Shown: one piece after another, positions 1 to 8,771 of the stretch | Numbering within the stretch: position 1 is the stretch's first letter | Layout: every line of letters starts with the position of its first letter | DNA from: Thermoproteota archaeon | GTDB lineage: Archaea > Thermoproteota > Thermoprotei_A > Sulfolobales > Ignisphaeraceae | Assembly (NCBI GenBank): GCA_030550585.1 | Contig: JAUQPB010000005.1 | Span: forward strand, 1 to 64,000 | Reading direction: 5' to 3' | DNA: 64,000 nt | Made by a program: the position numbers and the translations under genes | The notes under the pieces: model-generated | The model's database searches: none | The model's input: only the letters and a program-made list of their open reading frames with translations | Told to the model about the DNA's origin: nothing

Positions 1-28
1 TCTATCTCCGTCATCTCAGTCGATGTCA

Positions 29-194
29 GAAACTCCCATAAGGGAGTAGAAAGAGTTAAGCTGCTTGGAAGCCTGTCCCTCACGGCTTGCAACGTAGTTT
101 GAAACTCCCATAAGGGAGTAGAAAGCTCCAGATCTTTCCACAATGGTTGCTTAAACAGCCAAGTCCTAAGAAACTCCCATAAGGGAGTAGAAAG
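29..194 (+). CRISPR. End of a CRISPR array, probably continuing left of the window: 3 identical 25-bp repeats GAAACTCCCATAAGGGAGTAGAAAG
   Basis: Repeats at 29-53, 101-125 and 170-194; unique spacers of 47 and 44 bp, plus a probable partial spacer at 1-28. Internal hairpin ACTCCC-ATAA-GGGAGT. The 3' GAAAG suggests + orientation, making this the trailer end. Confidence 0.95.
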
Positions 195-271
195 GGCAAA
201 GCTAGAGGTATCTACCTGAGAAAATGAGGGTATAGAAGAGTCTGAGGGGTGTTGGTGTGGTAGTCATCTGT

Positions 272-1391
272 TTATTTTCTCTTCTCTAGTGATAGTAGTA
301 GTGGGATTGCTGCTAGAAATAGTGTTAGACTTGTTAGGTATGGTAGTATTGGGTTTAGTTTTGCTAGTAGCCCGACTATGAGGGGTGTTGCGAGGGCTAC
401 CATTTTCTCGAAGCTTGATAGTCCGGCTAGTATGCTACTTGCTTTGTCGCTTGGTATTTTGCTGAATATCCACGATCTGTAGAAGGGTAGTGATAGGGTG
501 TTGCCGAATTCTGCCATGATGTTTGCTGCTAGTATGGCGTAGAAGTTGGGAACTAGAAACATTATTAAGGCCCATAGAGTTCTCAATGCAAAGTATAGGG
601 ATATGACCTTGAATCTATGTCTAGGGTTTATATGCTCAGATAGGTGGGTTGCTGATAGTGATGCTAGTATTGAGGGTGGTCATCATATAGTTTACCAAGA
701 CTATCTCGGGTGCTAGATATAGTGCGAGGATCTCCAACGCCTCTAAGGTGAGTATAGCTTTGAATTCTCTATCGAATCTAAAGGTAAATACATCGCCTAT
801 CCTCTCCCTGGCATCGAGCCTGGGCAAATACTTAACCAAGTACATTACCGTGAATATTGAGGAGGTTCCTATAGCTATGAAGCCAATTGCATAGTGTATC
901 GGCTTAGGGAATAACACACCAAAGACATATCCCAATACAATGAAGCTTATAGCCTCGCTTGGCAGTGGCAGTCTCATGTGCCATGCATAAACCTCCTCAA
1001 GCCTGTCCTTAGGGTATAGCTGCTTCTCAGCAGCTTGATACAGTGGATAGAAGATCCTAGAGACCCTATCCACAAGCAGGCCCAGCGAGATCGTTAACGG
1101 CCCTAGAAATCTGTATGAAAGCCCATAAAGAACATTCTCAACACCATCCAATACATCTATCAGGATAAGGCCATGCCTAATCGTTACTCTGTCAAACAGC
1201 CTGCCAATGAGATAGGTTAGGGGAATCGAAGCAATGTTTACCACAGTGAAGAGAAGCCCTATCTCAAGTATAGAATAGCCTGCCATAAGCATGTAGACAG
1301 ACAGCATATACCAAGTGATAAGGATAGGTGATATGATTGTGTGGTAAACTATGTATCTATGAGCACCTACGAGTATATCACTCCACTTCAA
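272..1391 (-). pseudogene. MFS transporter, frameshifted/deleted near 670
   Basis: Two hydrophobic ORFs (636-1391 with a GRLFDR motif-A-like segment; 272-586). The second frame is open upstream of 586 (ILASLSATHLSEHINPRHRFK). Confidence 0.75.
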
Positions 1392-2031
1392 AGCGCATCA
1401 TCACAACTATTTGAAACTAAGAACCATCTCTACAAGTATTTCCCTTAGCTCAAAAAGGCTATCTAAGCTATATATATTCAGCGGAGTGCTCCCACACAAG
1501 CAAAGCCTTAGAACATATCGTTAAAGATCTGGATTTAAAACATTATTAAAGGTGGCAGACCAACCACAACAAAACAACACTCATAAGAATCATATGAACC
1601 ACGGGTTTACAACCTATCACTAGACCAACAGCTCGACACACACCTGAAGTGGCACGGCAAAATCTATACAATGTTCGCCATCACATAAAGCAAAGAGGTG
1701 CTGGAATTCGCCACGCTACAAGAGCTCATTGGCTGGATAAACCAGAAGCTATACTCCTAACCACAACCGTTTTTATCAATGTTTGCTATATACTTTAAAT
1801 TCTCTTTTGAGAGAAAAGAATGCTTTTGCACAAGGTTCTCGGAGAAATCTTGTACAGGCTTAAGGCTGTGTAAAGTTTCTGACGAGACTCGTTTAAACGA
1901 TATTAAAACCCATACCCTCTCTTTTCTGTCAATTGACAAGCTGACCAAGAATAAATATAGCCATATAGATTATCTCACTACACATCACGATAATAGTTGA
2001 GGTGCATTATAAAAAATAAACACCGGTTTAA

Positions 2032-2075
2032 GCCTGCGGAGCCGGAGGACCCGGGTTCAAATCCCGGCGGGCCCG
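2032..2075 (+). tRNA. 3' part of tRNA-Arg(GCG), from anticodon loop to discriminator; no 5' half here
   Basis: GCCTGCGGAGCCGGAGGACCCGGGTTCAAATCCCGGCGGGCCCG: perfect T-arm CCGGG-TTCAAAT-CCCGG and acceptor 3' strand CGGGCCC-G. Confidence 0.85.
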
Positions 2076-2447
2076 CTACACACTTTATGTAACTCCACAC
2101 TTTATCTATTGTTTAATATAGCTTAAGCTTGTTATATCCGGAATTTTCTAACTGCCTCGGTTATGTTCCATACTTCTACCACGACATGGTTCCTCGGGTT
2201 GCTGAAGCGATTGTCCGTGCCTGGAAAAATCATAGAGAAGGCTAAAAATAGTGGGTACGGGCAACCACTATATATGTCGAGGAGGTCTAGGGTATCCACG
2301 AAATTAAATTATATATAAATATATAATGTGAAACTATTTGGGTGTATTAGGAACACTGTATAGAATATTGCGCAGTAAGCTTGCTTAATCTCTCCTGGGA
2401 AATTAAGGCATGAGTTTTTGCTTGATTTAAAAGTGTATTATGGTAAC

Positions 2448-2855
2448 TCAGTACTTGTTTCCTTTACTGATATCAATTGATGATAAAGTTTTCACATACT
2501 TTGATGCTACTTGCCTTAACTTTGCATCGTCTGTTACTAGTGTTAATTTCTCTTTCATCGCTGTGTGGATGTAGGATGCATCATAGATGGTTAAGCCTTC
2601 TCTGAGTGATAAAGTGAGAACCTCTTTCTCGAATTCCCTTATAGTGTGTATTTCCACTATGTTGAATATGCTTGTGAGGATCTCCACGAGCTTAAAGCCG
2701 GTCTCCACACCGATCCTCTTGATTAAGTATACCTCTTTCCACACAGCATTAAGAGATTCATATAGTGCTAGATCCAAAGTGTGTGCTTTCACGAAAATAC
2801 TTAAATCACCACGCTTCACCAGGTTCACAATAGCACTTGAATCCAGTAGGAACAA
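2448..2855 (-). CDS. vapC: VapC PIN-domain toxin
   Basis: PIN motifs FLLDSSAIV, YESLNAVW, TIYDASY, LVTDD. Confidence 0.9.
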   Translation of the reverse strand: MFLLDSSAIVNLVKRGDLSIFVKAHTLDLALYESLNAVWKEVYLIKRIGVETGFKLVEILTSIFNIVEIHTIREFEKEVLTLSLREGLTIYDASYIHTAMKEKLTLVTDDAKLRQVASKYVKTLSSIDISKGNKY

Positions 2856-2857
2856 TT

Positions 2858-3085
2858 CTACCTCCTCTCTCTATCTCCACGTATTAGATCTACCACTTCT
2901 TCATCTGGAATACTGGCTATTTCACCTAGTATATTCCTTAGTTTCTCTTCAAGCTCAGCTAGAATTCGTTTCTTAACTTCTTCCTCTAAAGCCTTCTTTA
3001 TGATTGGTCCTGGTTTAATCCCATATTTATCCATAAGTTCTTTCAATTTCTTAGGTATCTTAGCTGAAACAGTCACATAAGTCAT
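2858..3085 (-). CDS. vapB: VapB-type (RHH/CcdA-like) antitoxin; probable ATG start at 3085
   Basis: VTVSAKIPKKLKELMDKYGI...IKKALEEEV...IRGDRERR; directly upstream of the PIN gene. Confidence 0.8.
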   Translation of the reverse strand: MTYVTVSAKIPKKLKELMDKYGIKPGPIIKKALEEEVKKRILAELEEKLRNILGEIASIPDEEVVDLIRGDRERR

Positions 3086-3148
3086 ACTCTTAACCAATAA
3101 TACTTTTTCAATGTAAACCAATATAAGGTTTACTAATAAGTGCACCTA

Positions 3149-3489
3149 TGTTGCGCGTGTTTCAGTTGTTCTGTGACAACTGGGTATTGCTGGTGGTGTA
3201 GCAGGTGGAGCAGCTGGTGTTGCTCTCGGTGGTTTCATAGGCTTAGTAATAGGCTTCACAACACAACAAGTGCTGAGGCAAGCAATTGTGGGAATGTTCC
3301 TACTACTAACTAGCTAGACCATTCAAAATAAACGACGTGATCGATGTTGCAGGTGAAAGCGAGGTTAAAGTAGAAGATATAACAACGCTATTCACGATTG
3401 TTAGAAGGAAAGACGGGTTCCAAGTACTAATACCAAGCAGCGCTATCATAGGCCAAAAGATCGTTATTAGGGAAAGAGCGAAAGAGTAG
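3149..3489 (+). pseudogene. MscS small mechanosensitive channel remnant
   Basis: Manual translation gives GGFIGLVIGFTTQQVLRQAIVGMFLL, then a frameshift to ARPFKINDVIDVAG...VEDITTLFTIVRRKDGFQVLIPSS; there is an internal stop and no N-terminus. Confidence 0.75.
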
Positions 3490-3840
3490 CATTTACACAG
3501 TGATAAGACAAGTAAGTTTTTATAAATCTCCTTCCCTAATTGTACTTTTTCTACTTGTAATCATAGTGTAATCTGCAAGGAATTCGAAAATAGCTCCAAG
3601 TGCTATCAATCCAAGTAGTAACAAATCCAATTGCCTTCAACGTATAGTGCTGGGAAATCATTGAAAGTATAGTTGATAACTATTCCACTTCGTCAAATAT
3701 AGCTTAAATCACCTGGGTTCACCTCTTTATATGCTTGTTATATTAGTATACTATAGACTAACTCTATATCGAAGAAGTTATCGCAGAAAACACAGAAACT
3801 TCCTCAATTTCACCTCGTCGATAACTACTATTGAAACATA

Positions 3841-3872
3841 ACCTCGTCCTTTAGGACAGAGAGGAGGTAGAC
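3841..3872 (+). mobile_element. Possible degenerate IS200/IS605-family right end
   Basis: ACCTCGTCCTTTAGGACAGAGAGGAGGTAGA with hairpin GTCCT-TT-AGGAC. It resembles, from recall, crenarchaeal ends of the type CCTCGCCCTTTAGGGCGGGGAGGAGGTCAG. No tnpA/tnpB nearby. Confidence 0.4.
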
Positions 3873-4045
3873 CGCGGTGGCTGTTCATCTAGGATCCAGC
3901 GGGTTGTTTGTTTCCAGGAGAGGAGGTTTCTTTGAGCATCTCCAGGTAGTCGAGGACGTTCTCTTCCTTTGCCCTTGTCTCTAGAATCACCGAGTGTTTA
4001 ATTAAATAATACTAAATAATACTTAGAATCTTAATTACTGCACGG

Positions 4046-4705
4046 GTGGTTGGCTTATTCAGTGCTGAGGTTGCCAGGAGGCTTCAGTCAAGGTTATCCA
4101 TGATTGTACTTGAGGAACTAGATGATTTTCCAAGCTTGGATTTAGAGACTATTAGATTTATCGCGGGCTTCGACTCCTCGTATGCTGGGAACATACAGTG
4201 TGCTGTAGTAGTTGTCTATGATCTCCAGGCAGGTCGAGTGGTCGAGAAAACCCATGTAGGTGTTTCTGTTAAAGTACCCTATATTCCTGGATTACTGGCT
4301 TTCAGAGAGATACCTGGGTATATGAGAGCATATGGTAAACTAAGTGTTAAACCAGATGTATTAATGATTGATGAACATGGATTAGCTCATCCAAGAGCGT
4401 TTGGAATAGCGACACACCTAGGGTTAATCCTGAATAAACCAAGCATAGGAGTGGCGAAGAAGCACCTACACAGTGAAATAGTAACAGTAGACAATAGGAA
4501 AATAGTGAAAGCACATGGAAGAATAATTGGCGAAGTAATAGAGCATGAAAAACAGAAAATATATGTAAGTATAGGATACAAAATAAAACTCGAAGACGCG
4601 GTAAAAATAGTGAAAAAACTACTAGTCGAAAACAAGAAGCTACCAATACCACTACAAATAGCAGACGAATACTCAAAAACAATTAAAAATAAATACTACA
4701 AGTAG
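4046..4705 (+). CDS. nfi: Endonuclease V
   Basis: GFDSSY, PYIPGLLAFRE, DEHGLAHPRAFGIATHLG, SIGVAK, YVSIG, LPIPLQIAD. Confidence 0.9.
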   Translation: MVGLFSAEVARRLQSRLSMIVLEELDDFPSLDLETIRFIAGFDSSYAGNIQCAVVVVYDLQAGRVVEKTHVGVSVKVPYIPGLLAFREIPGYMRAYGKLSVKPDVLMIDEHGLAHPRAFGIATHLGLILNKPSIGVAKKHLHSEIVTVDNRKIVKAHGRIIGEVIEHEKQKIYVSIGYKIKLEDAVKIVKKLLVENKKLPIPLQIADEYSKTIKNKYYK

Positions 4706-4713
4706 TAAAATAA

Positions 4714-4787
4714 GGGCCCGTTGCCTAGCCAGGATAGGGCGCCGGCCTGCAGAGCCGAGTACATGGATTCAAATCCCGGGATTTACT
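4714..4787 (+). pseudogene. tRNA-Arg-derived locus with near-intact 5' half and degenerate 3' half (anticodon reads GCA)
   Basis: GGGCCCGTTGCCTAGCCAGGATAGGGCGCCGGCCTGCAGAGCCG, then a corrupted T-arm and acceptor (ATGGATTCAAATCCCGGGATTTAC); the acceptor stem cannot close in cis. Confidence 0.75.
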
Positions 4788-5257
4788 ACACACCAGGTTT
4801 TACACAATCGGTTAAAGTGCTTTTTATACCTTGTGTACCAAGTCAATTCTAGTATGGTGTAAATCTTGAGTAGGTGTAGTACCATACGGTATCTTGATGG
4901 TGCTGCGACACGGTTTATTGATAGCTCTCGTCACATAATTGAATGACTATAGTCTTCCGTGGGATTATGAGCTGAAAGAAAGATAAGGGAAGTACCCGTC
5001 TAAGAGACAACACCAGAATCTGTCGAGGAGAGGTCGAAAACGGTATGAGAAGGTCTATATATCTATCCTGGGCTACGAGGTTAAGAGAAACCAGTTCCTC
5101 ACGGGATATTGTTTTCAATTGCCACACTTGATTTTCAGAGTATTTTTTTTAGCGGAAGTGAGGTGGGGTTGTGGGATTTGTAGCGAGCCTCGGGGTAGAG
5201 GTATATGCGGATACTAGCTAAGCTATTTTGGGTTAGGCATCTTGAACGTGAGTTAGA

Positions 5258-5298
5258 CTTATTAGTTCCGGGGCGGAACTAGGTTCCTGGGCGGAACC
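5258..5298 (+). promoter_or_regulatory. TATA-like box followed by two tandem 17-bp palindromes (putative operator)
   Basis: CTTATTA (5258-5264); AGTTCCGGGGCGGAACT (5264-5280); GGTTCCTGGGCGGAACC (5282-5298), abutting the GTG start. Confidence 0.65.
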
Positions 5299-6336
5299 GT
5301 GGCGCTATTTGATGTGAGGCCTAAGTCTCGGAGGGAGGAGCTGTTTGATAGGGAGAGAGAGCTTGGGGAGCTTGGCTCAGCTGTTTCTCGTGGACACCCG
5401 TTAATTCTGCTTCTTGGTGTTAGGCGTATTGGCAAGACGAGTATTCTCAGAACTTTTCTCAGTACTGTCAATGGTATATACGTTGATATGAGGGGTGTTG
5501 TTAGGAGGCAGGATCTGGAGGCTAGGGTTGCAGACTATGTGAGTGAGCATTTGGATAGGTTTAGGAGGTTTTTAAGTGGTGTGAGAGGTGTTTCTATAGC
5601 TGGTCTCTCTATCGAGATTAGGTGGAGGGGTAGGGACTCAATCAGTTTTCTGGGTCTTCTCGAAGAGTTGAACAAGAGGGGAGAGAGGTTCGCTATAGTC
5701 TTGGATGAGGTGCAGCATGCGAGACCTCCTCTGTCCGCCGAGCTCAGAAACGCTATAGCCTATGCCTATGACAACCTAGAGAACATCACGTTCATTATAG
5801 CAGGCTCTGAAATAGGTATGGTACGCGATTTCCTCAGGCTCGATGACCCCTCATCCCCTCTATACGGCAGGCATGTACATGAGATAGCTGTTGAGAGGTT
5901 TAGCATGGATCTGTCGAGAGAGTTTCTGTATAGAGGATTTAGAGAAGAGGGTGTAGAACCCCCTAAAGAAGCTATAGAAGAGGCGATCAACTTCTTCGAC
6001 GGCATCGTCGGGTGGCTCGTCCTCTTCGGCAGAAGCTATGTAGATGGCGCCAGAGACTTCAGCTACATCAAGAGACTGGCAATTGAAACAGCTCTACAAG
6101 AACTCAACAAACTCACCAACAGAGAAAAAGCAGTTCTAAAAGCCGTGGCACACGGCTGCAGAAACTGGAGTTGCGTAAGAGACTTCATAGCCGAGCAACA
6201 CGGAATCCTCCTACCAAAATCAACACTATCAAGAGTCATAGACAAACTCGAAAAACTCAGCATAATAAAAGACTACACATTCCTAGACCCAGTATACAAA
6301 GAAGCCTCCAAAAACCTACACACAACTCTAACCTAA
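5299..6336 (+). CDS. Archaeal ATPase (ATPase_2/MJ-type STAND) with C-terminal winged helix
   Basis: LFDRERE, Walker A GVRRIGKTS, Walker B IVLDEVQ, AGSEIG, SPLYGR; C-terminal KSTLSRVIDKLEKLSII. Confidence 0.9.
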   Translation: MALFDVRPKSRREELFDRERELGELGSAVSRGHPLILLLGVRRIGKTSILRTFLSTVNGIYVDMRGVVRRQDLEARVADYVSEHLDRFRRFLSGVRGVSIAGLSIEIRWRGRDSISFLGLLEELNKRGERFAIVLDEVQHARPPLSAELRNAIAYAYDNLENITFIIAGSEIGMVRDFLRLDDPSSPLYGRHVHEIAVERFSMDLSREFLYRGFREEGVEPPKEAIEEAINFFDGIVGWLVLFGRSYVDGARDFSYIKRLAIETALQELNKLTNREKAVLKAVAHGCRNWSCVRDFIAEQHGILLPKSTLSRVIDKLEKLSIIKDYTFLDPVYKEASKNLHTTLT

Positions 6337-6381
6337 GCAACAAAACCCACAACACCCCACCCCATCTAGGAGATCAAGAAA

Positions 6382-6406
6382 CTTTCTACTCCATTATGAG
6401 AGTTTC
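6382..6406 (-). repeat. Orphan, inverted CRISPR repeat (23/25 match)
   Basis: CTTTCTACTCCATTATGAGAGTTTC versus the array repeat reverse complement CTTTCTACTCCCTTATGGGAGTTTC. Confidence 0.85.
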
Positions 6407-6540
6407 TTGTATACTATATTCACGTAGATGTGGTTTCTGTCTAGTTGTCGAGAAGGTTTTGGAGAGTGTTTGACGATGCTCTAGAGTCGATGGGGATCTC
6501 TGGTGATGTGTAGATGAAACTGTTGGGGTCTAGGGTGGGA
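6407..6540 (+). pseudogene. Eroded paralogue of the antitoxin gene and upstream region at 9664-9917
   Basis: TTGTATACTATATTCACGTAGATGTGGTTTCTGTCTA versus 9664 TTGTATACTGTTTCATGTAGGTGTGGTTTTTGTCTA; further patchy matches to the middle and 3' end of the antitoxin. Confidence 0.6.
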
Positions 6541-6599
6541 TAAGAACACAGGTATCGTATGTAAACCCTTTTGAGGTTGTCTCTATAACAGCTTTGCTG

Positions 6600-7466
6600 T
6601 ATGTAGATAGCATCGGCATCGTATACCCAGTAAGAGCTTGGCTATTGTGAAATTAGGTTAGAACTGTGGTTATATCGCCTACGCTTGTCACTACTGGGGC
6701 GGATGCGGTTGCAGGGTCTATCCTGAGTTTGGCTAGTATGATTGGCAGTAGTGCACCGACTATGTCTGCTACATAGCATGACACGGCCAAGGCTGTGGAA
6801 ACCACTGTGGCTATTTTTAGTGCGTAGTCCATGTCTCTGAGGGATAGAAACGGTATTGCAAAGCCTATGGCGAAGGCAAGTGGTGCTAGCATTAGAAGCG
6901 TAAGTGTTGTGGTGATAAACTCTTTGGCTATAACCTTCAGCACATCTCTTCTAGACACCCTCACCTCTCCTGTAACAAGACTCCTCAAAAATATCTATTG
7001 CCTCGCCAACAGTCATACTATCTTCGAACACCGGTATCCGGGTAGTCATTATACCCCCAACACTTTCAGGTGGAAACCTCATTATCTTTCCAACTTCTGA
7101 TGAAAGCTCTGGCGGAAGTAGCTTGAGTATCTCAAGCCTCGTTTTAGACGGTAGTTTGTAAAGAACATCGGCAATCTCATCTACAGGAAGCTTTGCCAAC
7201 AACTTAACAATATCATCAACACCCCTAACCGATGCTATCCCATAAACAATCTCATCTGGGAGCCTAGCCAATACCTCAACAAGATTCTCAAGATTTGAAA
7301 CAGCAAAAATCTTTCTCCGAGCGCTACTATCAAGCCTTATAACCACATCCATAGCATTTGGAGGATCTAGAGAATTGAATATCGATACAGCCTTCTCAAC
7401 ATCGTTACTCTCGACATACCCATTAATAATATCCACAACATCAGTCACATTACTCGACTCACTCAT
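6600..7466 (-). pseudogene. mgtE: MgtE magnesium transporter with large internal deletion
   Basis: MgtE_N and the start of the CBS domain (DEIAD, PPESVGGIMTT) are joined out of frame to C-terminal TMs (RIDPATASAPVVTSVGD); most of the CBS pair and first TMs are missing. Confidence 0.8.
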
Positions 7467-8015
7467 TACAGCACCCAACTCGATGCATTCGAATTGGAAT
7501 AGATATAGATTATTTGTAAACTTTAGCTGAAGCTGATATAGATAACGACACACTCAAATAGTGGCCAAGAACACTAGGCTCAAGTCTGGTATAGATTTAT
7601 AATTGTTGCTGTCACCCTTCTCTACAACCCCGTCTTCGTTGCATAAGTCGAGAAACCAGTCATTCACTATCCAAGAACTTAAGCTTCCTGTTTCTAGAAA
7701 CTAGCCCCAAAGAATTGCTATAACTGTGTATATGGTATGACTTGACAGTTCTTCGCATGTATTATCAACATCGGCACAAATATTTTGTCGACCCATTTGA
7801 TTCGGCTCCTCAGCAAATCTGTAAGCATGCAATAGCAGTGACCATAATCTTAGCAAGTATCTTTTCCTTACTTCCCACTCCCAAAAACTCTACGGCAAGC
7901 TCTAGTCAAAATATGTTGGCGAGGGGAGCACTCTTACAGAGGCCTATTTACTAGCTAACCGAAAGTATTTCACACTACGATGAACTCTCTAACAAGTCTT
8001 GTGAAACAATAAAAA

Positions 8016-8546
8016 CTACAGGTCTGGCATGGGTGTGTGGTGTTTGTTTGTGGTTGTTCTAGGTTTTTCTAGTAGGCCTATCTTTTGTAGCCAGTTCTGC
8101 ACTCTTTGCTGTAGGTCTCTTCCCCCATCTTCGTAGACTACAAGCTCTGGGAGTATTTTTGAGTTGGGGCACAGCCTCTTGATCTCTTCGATTGATCTTC
8201 CCTTGCCGCCTCCTCCGTGGGTTATGAATGGCGCTATTGTCTTTCCTGAAAGGTTGTGGTTTGCGAGGAACGATGCTACTGGCGGTGCTATTGTCCCCCA
8301 CCAGTTTGGCGAGCCTACGAAGACTATGTCGTACTGCTCGATGTTTTCAATCTTTGTTTTTAGTGGTGGGAGGTAGCCAGACTCTATCTCCCTCTTGGCT
8401 TGTCTAAGAGTTTCTGAGTAGGAGGTTGGATACGGCTTTTCCGGCACAAGCTCGACAATATCTCCCCCTACATATTCGTGGATGACCTGGGCAACTCTCC
8501 TAGTGTTTCCAGACCAGCTGTAGTAGACTATGAGGGCTTTGGCCAT
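8016..8546 (-). CDS. Flavodoxin
   Basis: YYSWSGNT FMN loop, GSPNWWGT, FITHGGGG. Confidence 0.9.
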   Translation of the reverse strand: MAKALIVYYSWSGNTRRVAQVIHEYVGGDIVELVPEKPYPTSYSETLRQAKREIESGYLPPLKTKIENIEQYDIVFVGSPNWWGTIAPPVASFLANHNLSGKTIAPFITHGGGGKGRSIEEIKRLCPNSKILPELVVYEDGGRDLQQRVQNWLQKIGLLEKPRTTTNKHHTPMPDL

Positions 8547-8771
8547 GGTTCACCCCCAGCATACTGTGTATTTGACTATTACCTAGTACGGTATTTTAAT
8601 GCTGCAGAGGCGTTTTACTTGTTCTGGGTCTCTATGTGAAAAGAATAGGCTTTTTCCCTGTGTACAGTGCTGCAACATCGTCTTCAGCGTCTCAGCATAT
8701 AAAGGGCGATGTTGTGCAAGTGCTTAAGAGTGTTGTGATATAGAAGATGAAAATGGTGGGGTGCCAAGCCC

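Noticed and set aside
1-169. Self-targeting spacers
   Set aside because: No match within the window was seen by eye; a proper search is needed.
195-240. Possible degenerate terminal CRISPR repeat (GAAAATGAGGGTATAGAAG)
   Set aside because: Similarity is weak, the hairpin is lost, and the spacing is too short for a spacer.
1550-2000. Short ORFs or an integrase remnant next to the tRNA fragment
   Set aside because: No tyrosine-recombinase motifs; the fragments cannot be assigned.
4714-4787. Functional tRNA-Cys(GCA)
   Set aside because: The body is tRNA-Arg-like, and the acceptor and T stems are broken.
4915-5127. 70-aa minus-strand ORF
   Set aside because: No motifs or start context; probably spurious or a remnant.
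7560-8010. Possible gene or ncRNA between mgtE and flavodoxin
   Set aside because: Only short, unassignable frames; no box motifs or strong structure.
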